A stretch of DNA of 64,000 bases. It comes from Ranitomeya imitator (lineage: Eukaryota). Each line of letters starts with the position of its first letter. The first letter of the stretch is position 1. Both the position numbers and the translations under genes were made by a program. The stretch lies in contig NC_091290.1 in the NCBI RefSeq assembly GCF_032444005.1, forward strand, positions 130,076,001 through 130,140,000, written 5' to 3'. Below the pieces are notes generated by a model. It saw only the letters and a program-made list of their open reading frames with translations. It did no database searches and was not told the DNA's origin. Of the stretch, positions 1 to 12,214 are shown piece by piece.

Positions 1-2247
1 AATACAGTTCCTCATGTTGCGGTGACCCCCAACCCAAAAAATAATTTTGGTGGCTACTTTAAAATTGTAATTTTATTAGTTATGATTCGGAATGTAAATA
101 TCTGATATGCATTATGTATAGAGGTAATACAGAGATCACTGGTGACATTATACACAGGACCTCTATATAGTATACAGTGTATAGTGTCAGTGTATAGGTA
201 ACACTGACTCACCAGTGACGTCTCTAGGTGAAGTCCTTCATCTTTCATCCAGCACAGACCGCCATCATTCCTTCCAGCCAGGACTCGTTTCTGCAGGAAA
301 TAACACAGTTATCTAGAGCTCCGCTTGCAGAACACATTACTTAATTTTTCACAACTTCTACATTACACCACATGAAGATAAAAGGTGATATAGTGTCACT
401 CTGCACAGTAACAGGACCGCCCCCCCATTTAAAACAGTATACTCAAAAAATAAAATAAATACATCACTGCAGTAATAATATCCCTTAATTATCCCCTAAA
501 ATGCCTATGGTAACACTATTCCCCACCCTGGCCCCGTTTATCTCATTCCTGGCTCCAGCCATATGTTCTCGCATCCTGCCCTCATGAGTATCCATTCTAC
601 TCCATATGATCTCCCCATCCTGCCCCACCAGCCTCCATCGTATCCGTCCTGCCCCATGATCCAATCCTGCCCCGTGTCTCCAATCATGCCCCGTATCTAC
701 ATTCTGCCCATGCCTCAAGTCCTGCCCCCAGTGTGTCCAGCATATTACCCCCATGTTGTCCAGCAATCTGCCCCAGTGTGTCCAGCATATTACCCCCAGT
801 GTCCAGCATTGCCCCAGTGTGTCCAGCATATTACCCCCAGTGTGTCCAGCAATCTGCCCCAGTGTCCAGCATTGCCCCAGTGTGTCCAGAAGTCTGCCCC
901 AGGGTCTCCAGCATTGCCTCAATGTGTCCAGAAATCTGCCAAAGGGTCTCCAGTATTGCCCCAGTGTGTCCAGCAATCTGCCCCATAGTCTCCTGTATTG
1001 CCCCAGTGTGTCCAGCATTCTGCCACATGGTCTCCTGTATTGCCCCAGTGTGTCCAGCAATCTGCCCCATGGTCTCCAGTATTGCCCCAGTGTGTCCAGC
1101 ATTCTGCCCCATGGTCTCCAGTATTGCCCCAGTGTGTCCAGCAATCTGCCCCATAGTAGTCTCCTGTATTGCCCCAGTGTGTCCAGCAATCTGCCCCATG
1201 GTCTCCAGTATTGCCCCAGTGTGTCCAGCATTCTGCCCCATGGTCTCCAGTATTGCCCCAGTGTGTCCAGCAATCTGCCCCATAGTCTCCTGTATTGCCC
1301 CAGTGTGTCCAGCAATCTGCCCCATGGTCTCCAGTATTGCCCCAGTGTGTCTAGCAATCTGCCCCATGGTCTCCTGTATTGCCCCAGTGTGTCCAGCATT
1401 CTGCCACATGGTCTCCTGTATTGCCCCAGTGTGTCCAGCAATCTGCCCCATGGTCTCCAGTATTGCCCCAGTGTGTCCAGCATTCTGCCCCATGGTCTCC
1501 AGTATTGCCCCAGTGTGTCCAGCAATCTGCCCCATAGTAGTCTCCTGTATTGCCCCAGTGTGTCCAGCAATCTGCCCCATGGTCTCCTGTATTGCCCCAG
1601 TGTGTCCAGCATTCTGCCCCATGGTCTCCAGTATTGCCCCAGTGTGTCCAGCAATCTGCCCCATAGTCTCCTGTATTGCCCCAGTGTGTCCAGCAATCTG
1701 CCCCATGGTCTCCTGTATTGCCCCAGTGTGTCCAGCATTCTGCCACATGGTCTCCTGTATTGCCCCAGTGTGTCCAGCAATCTGCCCCATGGTCTCCAGT
1801 ATTGCCCCAGTGTGTCCAGCATTGCCCCCAGACAGTTAGACATAAAGAAAAAAAAAAAAAGAAAAATCCTCACCTCTCCCGTTCCTAGCGCAGGTCCGGT
1901 GCAGCCAGTCAGCGTCTCTCCGGCTCTGCGACGCTCAGGACAGAGAGGCAGAGCGGCGCGCACAGTAGTGACGTCATCGCGCCCTCTGCTCTGAGACGTC
2001 GCAGAGTCAGAGGACGCTGCAGCTGCCGGCGCCGCAGGAACCAATAGAGGTGAGTATTAGAGTGGGGGCGGGGCCCGGGGTGGGGGGAGCTGGCCCTGGT
2101 CGTGGCGGCGGACGGCGCCGCCCGAAGATTTAAAGGGGCGTCTTTTTTTTTCTTCTTCTCCCCCCTTCCTACGCCACTGGTGGCGACCCCTGTGTTTTGG
2201 TCGTTCGACCCCCCTCGGGGTCGCGACCCCCAGGTTGAGAAACGCTG
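1..2247 (-). mobile_element. Non-autonomous hAT-Charlie element (URR1/SPIN-like ends) with ~2.1 kb of internal cargo; other end lies upstream of the window
   Basis: The minus strand from 2247 reads CAGCGTTTCTCAACCTGGGGGTCGCGACCCC...GGGGTCGCC, a Charlie-type terminus. It is flanked by GTCTAGAA (2248-2255), matching the NTCTAGAN Charlie target. Bases 1-104 match, as I recall it, the 3' half of the URR1/SPIN MITE consensus (CAGATATTTACATT...GGGGGTCACCGCAACATGAGGAACTGTATT on minus). Confidence 0.75.
720..1830. repeat. 42-bp minisatellite (CCCCAGTGTGTCCAGCAATCTGCCCCATGGTCTCCAGTATTG) with 381-bp higher-order periodicity
   Basis: The unit is read directly and gives a 14-aa periodicity in all overlapping ORFs. 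Variant CCATAGTAGT recurs at ~1151 and ~1532, and TGCCACATGG at 1021 and 1402, both 381 bp apart. Degenerate ~21-bp half units precede the array. Confidence 0.97.
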
Positions 2248-2269
2248 GTCTAGAAGCTGCCACAACCCG

Positions 2270-2707
2270 ATCGGCTATGTTACATAGAGGCGATGTTCAG
2301 ATCGCCTCAATATAGCAGAATTGCTCACTTGCTATGAGCGTCGACCACTGGGTGGCGCTCACAGCAATCCAGCAGTGACAACCATAGAGGTCTCCACTAG
2401 ACGTCAGGTTGTCATGCCAACACACCGATGACCCGCAATCTCATGAGGGGGGTCACCGGTGTGCGTATTTCCAGTGCGATTGCCAGCAGTGCAATTTAGA
2501 GTTTGACAGTGGCATTTAACTTGTTATTTAACTTGTTAATATCTGTGGGTAGATCGCTATTCCACCTGCAGCTATTGTGGGCACATGTCAGCTGTACAAA
2601 ACTGCTGACATGTCCCCAGAAAGATGCGGGCTCACTGCCGGAGCCCACATCAACGGGAGGGAGACAGACATTGGCGTAAATGTACGCCCGATGTTGGAAA
2701 CGGGTTA
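2270..2707. mobile_element. Truncated end of a piggyBac-type non-autonomous element (same family as 18052-19328)
   Basis: Ends in GGGTTAA. Shares blocks such as ACATGTCAGCTG...CAGCTGACATGT, GAGCCCACATC and CATAGAGGTCTCC with the 18-19 kb and 26.5-27 kb copies. Confidence 0.7.
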
Positions 2708-3619
2708 AAAAAGAGGCACAAGTTCATGGGGTTGATGATTTTTTGCGTTTCTTTTCAACCGTTCGATTCTACAAACGTTCACTGCAGCTGGATATGAGTG
2801 TTCTGATTTTGCGGGAGGTAGTACTCTGTTAGGGAAAGTGATCAAGCTAATATAAAAAGAGACCTTTTTTATGAGCTCTATTACTTCAGTATTACCACCT
2901 ACAAAAACAAAGGCTACACTTGACATTAATTGAATGGGGAATGAACACTTTCTGACCAATTCAATTTCGAAAAAAAATTGCAGCAGTAGAAGAAAAGTGT
3001 GCTACTTTTGTGGAAAGCAGTGACCTATCCATATCCTTGCATATACTAGGGAGGAAGAAGATCATTTTTCCAGCAGATGTACGGAAGCACATACATAGAA
3101 GGAACCTGGCTCATAAATCCAACATTATGGCTGGATACACTCCATAGGTTTCTAGGCCAGGGGTGATTATACAGATAAACATTTATATATATCATCAGGT
3201 AAATATGTGCAGGCCGCTCTGCATGCCATTACCCTCCATGGTTCATTTTGATTAATGCAACACATTTTCTTAAAAAAAGAATGTTTGCAAACTGAATGCA
3301 AACCTGCAAATGTTCTACAACGTACAGCTTTGATTAATACATGGTTTAATCTTTTTTTCTTTTTTTTTTTTTATAAATTTGCTTTATTGTATTAAATCTT
3401 AAAATTAATAGATCCTGTCTTTGGGTTGTAATAGAAAAAATTTATGTTTCAGATAGGCTAAATTTCAATATATAAAATGAATATCAACATAACCTAGAAA
3501 ATCCTTAAGGAAAGTCAATTACAGAGTTTGTCGACCAATGTATTACAATTGATACATCACTAAGCATAGACGGCTACTCCTGTCTCTTCCTCTGAAACCT
3601 TCTCTGATTAAATAAACCA

Positions 3620-4915
3620 CATGGGTCACTTAAACCTGGCTCTGGTCGTAGGTCACTGCCTGAGTATTCAGGTACCTGGGATTCTTGCTGCTCCATCACT
3701 GCAACCTCACATTTGCTAATCTGGTCATCATTGCTCCAGCACTGCTACATCAAAATACAGGATTCAATTATGTTATATAAACCTGGCTCTGATTTTAGGA
3801 CACCGCCTGAGTATTCAGGTGCCTGGCATTCTTGCTGTTCCACCACTGCAAACTCACATTTACTAATCTGGTCATCATGGTTCCAGCACTGCTGCATCAA
3901 GTTCCGTGGTTCACTTATGTGATATAAAACTGGCTCTGGTTGTAGGACACTGCCTGAGTATTCAGGTACCTGGCATATTTGCTGTTCCACCACTGCAAAC
4001 TAACCAGGTCATCATGGTTCCAGCACTGCTACAATAAAGTTCCGTGGTTCACTTATGTGATATAAAACTGTCTCTGGTTTTAGGACACTGCCTGAGTATT
4101 CAGGTACCAGACATTCTTGCTGCTCCACCACTGCAAACTAACCAGGTCATGATGGTTCCAGCACTGCTACAATAAAGTTCTGTGGTTCACTTATGTGATA
4201 GAAAACTGTCTCTGGTTGTAGGACACTGCCTGAGTATTCAGATACCTGACATTCTTGCCGCTCCACCACTGCAAACTAACCAGGTGATCATGGTTCCAGC
4301 ACTGCTGCATCAAGTTCCGTGGTTCACTTATGTGATATAAAACTGGCTCTGGTTGTAGTACACTGCCTGAGTATTCAGGTACCTGACATTCTTGCTGCTC
4401 CACCACTGCAAACTAACCAGGTCATCATTGTTCCAGCACTGCTACAATAAAGTTCCGTGGATCACTTATGTGATATAAAACTGGCTCTGGTTGTAGGACA
4501 CTGCCTGAGTATTCAGGTATTGTCATTCTTGCTGCTCCACAACTGGAAACTCTCATTTGCTAATCTGGTCATCATGGTTCCAGCACTGCTACATCAAGCT
4601 TCGTGATTCACTTATTTCATATAAAATGACTCTGGTTGTAGGAGTCTGCCTGAGTGTTCAGGTACTCATCTTTCTTGCTTCCCCACCACTGCAAACTAAC
4701 ATTTGCTAATCTGATCTTCATGGTTCCAGCACTGCTACATAAAGCTTTCAAGCTCCGTGATTCACTTATGTCATATAAACCTGGCTCCTGGTAGGACATC
4801 GCCTGAGTATTCTGGTACTTGGCATTTCTGTCGCTACACTGCACCACCACTGCAAACTCAACTTTGCTTTTCAGATTATCATGGTTCTAGCACTGAAACA
4901 TCAAACTATCAAACT
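3620..4915. repeat. Tandem satellite, about 9 copies of a 137-153 bp unit
   Basis: The CCTGAGT anchor falls at 3661, 3808, 3955, 4093, 4231, 4368, 4506, 4651 and 4804 (spacings 147,147,138,138,137,138,145,153). Confidence 0.95.
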
Positions 4916-6808
4916 TCATCATCATCCTAGGTCACTTTTCCAGGTGAGAATTAACAGCAGCCCAGACAAAAAATTTTGCAATGGGCCTTGAAAGTTTCAT
5001 GGTAAATCTCATGTAATGAGCTTTTTTTTGCCACGTGTAATATATATTCTTTTCCCCTCCCTCCATATGTCAATAGTCATTAACTGATTGAAGTGGAAAA
5101 AGGGAAATCAATACGAAGTTATCTGACATGGAGAGATGGATTATCCGTCCTTTCCACTTGATACGGTCATTCGATTGACACTCCATAAGACTGATCCCCA
5201 GGTTGATCAATCCAACAGTATTACAAGATAAATACAGAATCAAGAATGAATGTCACATTCTATCATTAAATACTGGAGCGAATGACAAATACCGCCGAGA
5301 TAATAAGCGCCATTGGCGCCAAGTGCATGTTTATATTCATAATATTCCCCAACTTCAGGAACATAAGAGTTTAATCATCAAATCTCTACTTCCATTGCGT
5401 AATACGTTCTTCATAGATTGGGGCTTATTTATGATAATCTAAAGGAGTAACTAGATAAAGCATCTGCTATGGTGCTCAGCAGATTCAGTGGTCCTATCTT
5501 ACAGGAGCTGTCTGGTACCAAAAGCATTTATCAACACAATAATGTCCAAAATTGGGACTTTTAAGCAATGCGCCAACAAATAACCTGCAAATCATACCTC
5601 TAAGCACCCATTTTTGGGAAAAGTTTGCATAAACCCCTTCCCATCTGTGCTCTGGTTTGCTGTTTTTTTCTCCAGAAATAACTTGGCTGGAGATGAACGA
5701 ACCTCTCGAAAATCAAATTTGGAAGAGTAGCTTGAATTCGGCCGGTCAATCCAATTTGCACCGAATTTGTAAACGCGAATTGATATTGTTCTGTTTGACA
5801 TGATCAGACCCCAAAGAATAGAAGAAGCTCCTGTACACCAAAATCATTTTTAAATGGGCACTTAATGTAATTTACACCAAATTTTGTGGGGGTTTTATAG
5901 GATCTAGGTCCCGTATGTGAATTCTAATACTATTGCTCCACCCCCGAGGTACAGGTTTTCTAATTTGGACAAGATGACCCTTTAAAGGAAGCAGTTAGTA
6001 ATATGTAAAGGAATTTATCAATCAAATAAAGGAAGGTAATAAAAAAGTAGTGATTTTTTTAACCTTTCAGTTACGCAAACTCACTTGGTGGTGGTCATGA
6101 TGGACATGTGCCTATTTCACAATCTTATGACGGGTCCTCAAAAATTATCGACAAATATACAGTATGTCAATCATTCGTTCAGTTAACAATTGAAGATGTC
6201 AAAGCTGTATGAGACTTTCCCATATTATTGTGATGAGATGTCCATAAAGACAAGGCTAAAAAGTTGTAGGATGAGGCCAAATATTGTGGAAGTCCCTATA
6301 TACCGTTCCTTTACATATAGCATGCTTTATTGATAGTATGATGTTCAATGCACACATACAAAAAATAGGATTAACGTGCCACTCTGAATTCTATGTAAAT
6401 TCCTATTCACGTGATGTTTATCCATTCTATAAAAGGCATTAATGCGGAACGTTTCCTCACAGCGGGGGCAAATCTACCATATGTGTAGCAACGGCTCGTA
6501 TGTAAGGACGCCCACCGGAATTTTAACTTTTCATCTATTTTAGTAAGAATGTGTTTTAAGTTTTGCATTGCTGAAATCAAAGTGCCAAAACTATTTTGCT
6601 AGTTCATCACTGTTAGAGGGCTTGTTTTTATTATTGGAAGAGCTCTATTTTTCCATGGCACCATTATAGTGTAAGCTTTTTATTACCTTTAGGCCACCTG
6701 TATTCTCTACAAGAGAGCTTCTTCCAGACTCCACCAGGGCATCGTTCACACTCCCTCAGTAGCGGCTTATCTTCCCATTGAAATTCAGTAGGGCAGATCC
6801 TTCTAGAC

Positions 6809-7795
6809 GGATAGATGGATGGATGGATGGATGGATAGATGGATGAATGGATGGATCACCGAATGAATTGATGGATCGATGATGAATCAATGGATAGGTT
6901 GATGGATCATTCGATGGATGGCTCGATGAATCGATGGATGGGTCCATGGATCGATTGTTGGATGGATGGAGCGATGGATGAACTGTTCGATGAATCAATG
7001 GATGGATGCATGAATCGATGGATGAACGGCTCAGTGGATAAATTGATGGATGGATTGAGGAATGGATCAATGGATGAATTGATGATAGATAGATGAATAG
7101 GATGGATCAATTGATGGATAGATGGATGGGCAATGGATGGATGGACTGATGGATGAATCTGTGAATTTATGGATGCATGAATTTATTAAAAAATTAATGG
7201 ATGATCGATGAATTGATAAATGGATGGATCGATTAATGAATCGATGTATGAATCTATGGATGGATGGAACATTGAATGGATCAATGGATGGATTGTGTTG
7301 GATGAGTCGATGGATGGATGCATGATCTGATGGATGGATGAATGAATCGATAGTTAAATAGAAGGATTGATGGATAGATAAATCGATGGATGGATCGACA
7401 AATGGATCTATGGATTGATGGATACGATGAATCTATTGATGGATAGATGGATGGGTCAATGGATGGCTAGATCGATGGATGAATCATTGAACTGATGGAT
7501 GGATTGATGAATTGATAGACGGGTGGATCGATTAATGAATCAATTAATGAATCATTGGATGAATCAATTGATGGATAAATCGATGGATGAATCAATGGAT
7601 AGATAGATGGATGAATGGATGGATGAATCGATGAATGGATGGAACATTGAATGGATTGATGGATAAATCGAAGAATGGATCGTTGGATGAATCAATGGAT
7701 GGATGAATTGATGGATAGAGAGATGGGTGGGATGGATCGATGAATGGGTGATTTGATGGATGATCTGATGGATAGATGAATGCATAGATAGATGG
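6809..7795. repeat. ~1 kb degenerate (GGAT/GAAT/CGAT)n tetranucleotide-derived simple repeat
   Basis: Continuous ATGG/ATGA/ATCG words; the low-complexity His/Ser/Ile/Pro and Met/Asp ORFs here are by-products. Confidence 0.97.
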
Positions 7796-9298
7796 CACAG
7801 TAAAGACACAATTATATTGACACATTCTGTAAATGAAGTTTGCAGTTATTTAATTGCTCAGAGGATTTGCAAAGTTTTTTCTTTTTACACTGAGAATAAT
7901 TGAATAAATTTCCTGTAATCTCCCGTCCCACTGGCATGAGATGAAACTGAGGAATACATCAATTCCTTTTCTTTTTGTGTTCCCAGTTCTTTTAGCCTAG
8001 TGCAGGGCAGCGTGTAAATATCTGACATGATTAAACAATGATATAAAGAGCTTCCTGCTGTAATTTTTTGCCAAAACCGAGGACAATATCAATTCAAATG
8101 CCCCCTGTAGGAACTAAAAGCACAAGGCAATCATCACTGATACTAGCGTACCCTCCATGTCTGGAATAACACATAGGATATGCAAGGGAAAAACAGACAT
8201 ATTTTGAAGTCATGTGTGGAAAAAGCAGAAAAAATATTTTATTCCAATTTAAGGGCTGTGTGTGCCCTATAAGCAATTTAGGCTACATGGGGTACATAGA
8301 GTAATATCTATAGCAAAATACCCATAAATACAACAAAAACTATTTTTTTAAATCAAAGAAGCGAAATGTGCGTTGGGGTTGCGGGGACCTTATACCGGCA
8401 AGTGATCCGTTCATGCTAGTGTTACTCTCTATACATTATCGCCAAACTTGCAACAGTAAGGGAATAGTATATCCCATTGGAAGGGGAAACAGTAGTAGGT
8501 GTTATTTTTATTTTATACAGAGTGACAGCAGATCACATTGTATAGTGCCCAGACACAGTGTGCATTTAGCCTAACCTATAGCAGGGCAGGCATTAAAAAA
8601 AATTGTAACGATATAGTTGTCACTTACAAACTTTTCAGCATGTGATGTGGAGTGTATCTGCATGGGTTACTTATCTCCTCTCAATCATTACATCTCTCAT
8701 TCTCTGTTTTCGGCTATAAAGTGAGCATAAATCACACCCCTACATATTTAGCACAGCCGCTATCTTTTTTTTACTCGTTCCCACCACTGATCAAACACAC
8801 GGGGTGATGAGTTCCCAACATATGTTACTGTCAAACAATCAAAAGGTCACACACTCTGGAGAGCTATTAGATTATTTTAGAGCATACAAGTTCAAACTTA
8901 TTAAGCATTTTAAGCTTTAATGTAAAAAAACAAATATGCAAAACAATTCTAAAATAAAAAGGAAGAAATAACAGAATAACAGTTTCGTCTACAGTTTTTA
9001 TATGTTGTCCTGAAGGAAGGAGAAGTGAGTCATGGAGCACATCAGCACATCAGCCCTTAAGCAGCCCCCACATATGAACACCTCTCTTTGTGTCATCCAG
9101 ATTTTTATAGTCCTAATCATAGGCTCACATTTTCCCGGATTGTCCCTTTCAAAGGATACTGTTTTGTACGTGGACGAATGGCTAATGTAATGTATATGAA
9201 GGTACTATGGAATCTGATTGCGTAGGATAAATGGATCTGAGACCAAGGTTGAGACAAGCAAACCGTATTAACAAAGCAAGAGCAAACATAAACTAACA

Positions 9299-9640
9299 GA
9301 GTAATCCAGTACGTGATGCACGAGGTGTTTTAGAGCGTGCACATACCTCATCAGAGGTATGCTTCAGACAGGTAGGCCACCAAAAGAAATGGCTCAGGAA
9401 CTCCTATGTCTTCTCTACCCCCCGATGGCCAGCCAACTTGGAGTCATGGACAAACTTGAGGACCTGCAATTTTACAGCCTCTGGAACGTATAAACATCGA
9501 TCCCGGACCCACATACCATTCTTAAAAACCAAGTTTACATCATCAGTCGAGTTAGTGAGAAATGGGTCAGCATCGTAGGCCTCCTTAATAGTCTTCCACA
9601 AGTACTTATTCTGGATAGTTGGCATCCGACAAAATTTTCT
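9299..9640 (-). pseudogene. Ty3/Gypsy pol fragment: integrase N-terminal zinc-binding (HHCC) region
   Basis: Translation LYVPEAVKLQVLKFVHDSKLAGHRGVEKT*EFLSHFFWWPTCLK..EVCARSKTPRASRTGLL. It has the H-x-GH motif and FWWP typical of Gypsy integrase, an in-frame stop and an apparent deletion. Confidence 0.85.
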
Positions 9641-12214
9641 TGGACGGGGCCCCAGGTACGGAATACATGGCATGGATTTGGGACAAGGCATCAGCTTTCC
9701 CATTACGTGAACCTGAGCGGTATGAAATTACAAAATTAAATTCATTCAAAAATAAACTCCAACGAGCCTGACATGGAGAAAGACATTTACAGATCTAAGA
9801 AATCCCAGGGCTGAGATCTCATCTCCCGAGTTGTTGATGTTGAGATCTCCATCTGCGCATGCGCCGCCCCCAGCGGTCAGCCATTTTCCACCGCATAGGA
9901 AACCAGGTCACTGCGGGGGCTCTGGTCTTTCACAAGATGGTGGCAAAGCCCCCGCAGCAACGGACACCCGCAGCACCGAACACCCGCAGCAGCGCGCCAC
10001 ACTGCACATCCGAACACCCCCTCATCCCAGCCTGTGGCCTGCAGCAACACTCCATTTTTGCCTACTCCAGCGGTGATCCTGGGACCCCCTTCACCATAGC
10101 CACCACCTCAATAAGCAATAAGACGCATGGATAATAAAAAGCACCACCATTTTATTAAAAAAAAGTTTTTTTTACTATTTTTCTTCTCAAAATTTAGGGT
10201 GCGTCTTATAATCTGCAAAAACGGTATATACTGTATTTCCTTCCCACTATTATTGAGGTTTTTTTTACTATATTATTATTATTAATAATATAATGTATTA
10301 CTTGTCATACATTATTTTATTTTTTATCATTATTTCCGCACTGTTTGTTATTTTATACATTTTTTCTTTATTATATAACTTTACTTATTTTACGTATTTT
10401 TAATTATCTGGCACTTAAAAAATCAATACAAATTCCCTAATGTTTTTTTCTACTGCTTTTCTTGCCTCCTTATCGGACGTTGCCTTTAGCCAAGAGTTGC
10501 GCTGCTTCTGAAAACAAAATAGGTCTTTATTTTTTTCTAACTCTGTATATCTTTCAATTATTATGTTTGTTTGTTTTTTTATCACTAATCATTTTAGGTA
10601 ACTTATTCTCTTTTTGTAAGTTTTTATTTATTTACAAATTTTGATGCCAATAAACCTTATTTTACGCTCCTACTATGTTCAAAATAATAATAATAAGATG
10701 TAAAATTAGATTTTTCTTTGCCACGGTGATGTAAGAAGAAGGGAACAGAATACACCGGTTGCTCAAGGCTCTGGAATCGCGCTACATTCTAGAGCGCCTC
10801 CGGGCTATTGTGCTATTAATCTATTGTTGGCTTCAAGCTCTCCTGAGCAACACTGACGGGAAAGTGTGTTTTAATTAGAGGAGGCCCATGTCCAATTTCT
10901 ATACAGATGTATATACCGGCTTTGTGTGGAGACGCTTATGAATTCATTCATATAGATCTATTATTTATTAATATACTTAAGGCAGGAACATAATTCATCG
11001 GTGAGGTACGGCACATCTGGGGATCAATGGCATTCTATTTCATCTTGCATTGTACATAGCTATAAATATGTTATGCGTCGAACCATGTGTTGGAAATGTT
11101 TCATGTTTTCACAAAAGCACTTTTTTTTTTGCAGAATCTAAGGTGTTGGTCTGTTTTTCACCCTTTCAACTCTATATAGTAGAGCTGAACAAAAAGATCT
11201 GTAGGAACCTGCTCCATTTTCCACATTGGCAGTCCGTCAGACCGGAACTCTGCAGACTACCCCCTACCTGCCTCATCTCTAGTGCCTCTCCTGATTTGTA
11301 GCTCCTTGCTACATCATGCTGCCATGTAACGATGCTGCAGGACCTACTAATAGGAAGAGGCATCATGGAAGCTACAAGTAGAACTGTAGGAGGTTCACAA
11401 TGAGCTCTTGTCCGATGGCCAAGGAATACCAATGTTCTCTCCTTCAAATTTGTTTGCTAATCTTTACTATTTAAGAACTTAACCGGCAGCATCTGCAAAG
11501 TAGTCGCTGATCGGTGGAGGGACATGACTTGAATGACTAGTCAGAACTAAAGGATATCTCAGTGGTGGACCTATGAAGGGTCTCAGGGGCAGAAGAGGTA
11601 ATGGGGCCCACGTCAAAGCAGATGGCAATGTTCGTTATGATGAGCTATTGGACTGCAAAGGTCCTCATATACTGTTCCTGCACAGTGGCCTCTTCTGTCT
11701 GGAATAACTGGTCTATAAAAGAATCCGAGTCCAAGATCCAGTGGATCTGGACTTGACCGGCTGCATCTGCAGATTAGTCACTGACTGTTGGAGGAACACA
11801 ATGTGAATGACCAGTCTATAAAAGAACCAGGGTCCAAGAAGAAAGTTGGTGAGGCAAAACAATAAAGCAAATGAAGGTCAAATAATTCAACTCAAAACAG
11901 ATTTGAGGGCTTATTCAGAAGACTAGTCAAAGGATAGCCAGTTCATATCATGATAGACCAGTCTTACAGAAGGTGCACCAGGAAGTGGCATAAACAATAA
12001 CTGGCACATGACTGCATCATCGTGTAACTAAACCTTTACTGTTTATTATTAATATTTAATACTACTCTTTGTTTTATAATTATATAACAATAATTATCGT
12101 TTAATTATAAAACATAAAGAATAGTATATAATAATAATATTTTTTCTGTGCAGCATGGAAAGTTATGAAACTTTGAAAATCACTTTATTAGGGGATTTGT
12201 TTTTATACCTCTAA

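Noticed and set aside
485-2044. Long overlapping ORFs (519, 413, 368 and 319 aa) as protein-coding genes
   Set aside because: All are translations of a stop-poor 42-bp minisatellite on both strands, inside a transposon, with no domain or gene context.
2705-2959. 84-aa minus-strand ORF with a possible acceptor before GGNTEVIELIKK
   Set aside because: There is no convincing donor and no recognisable homology.
6756-7825. His/Ser/Ile/Pro-rich and Met/Asp-rich ORFs
   Set aside because: They are products of the GGAT simple repeat.
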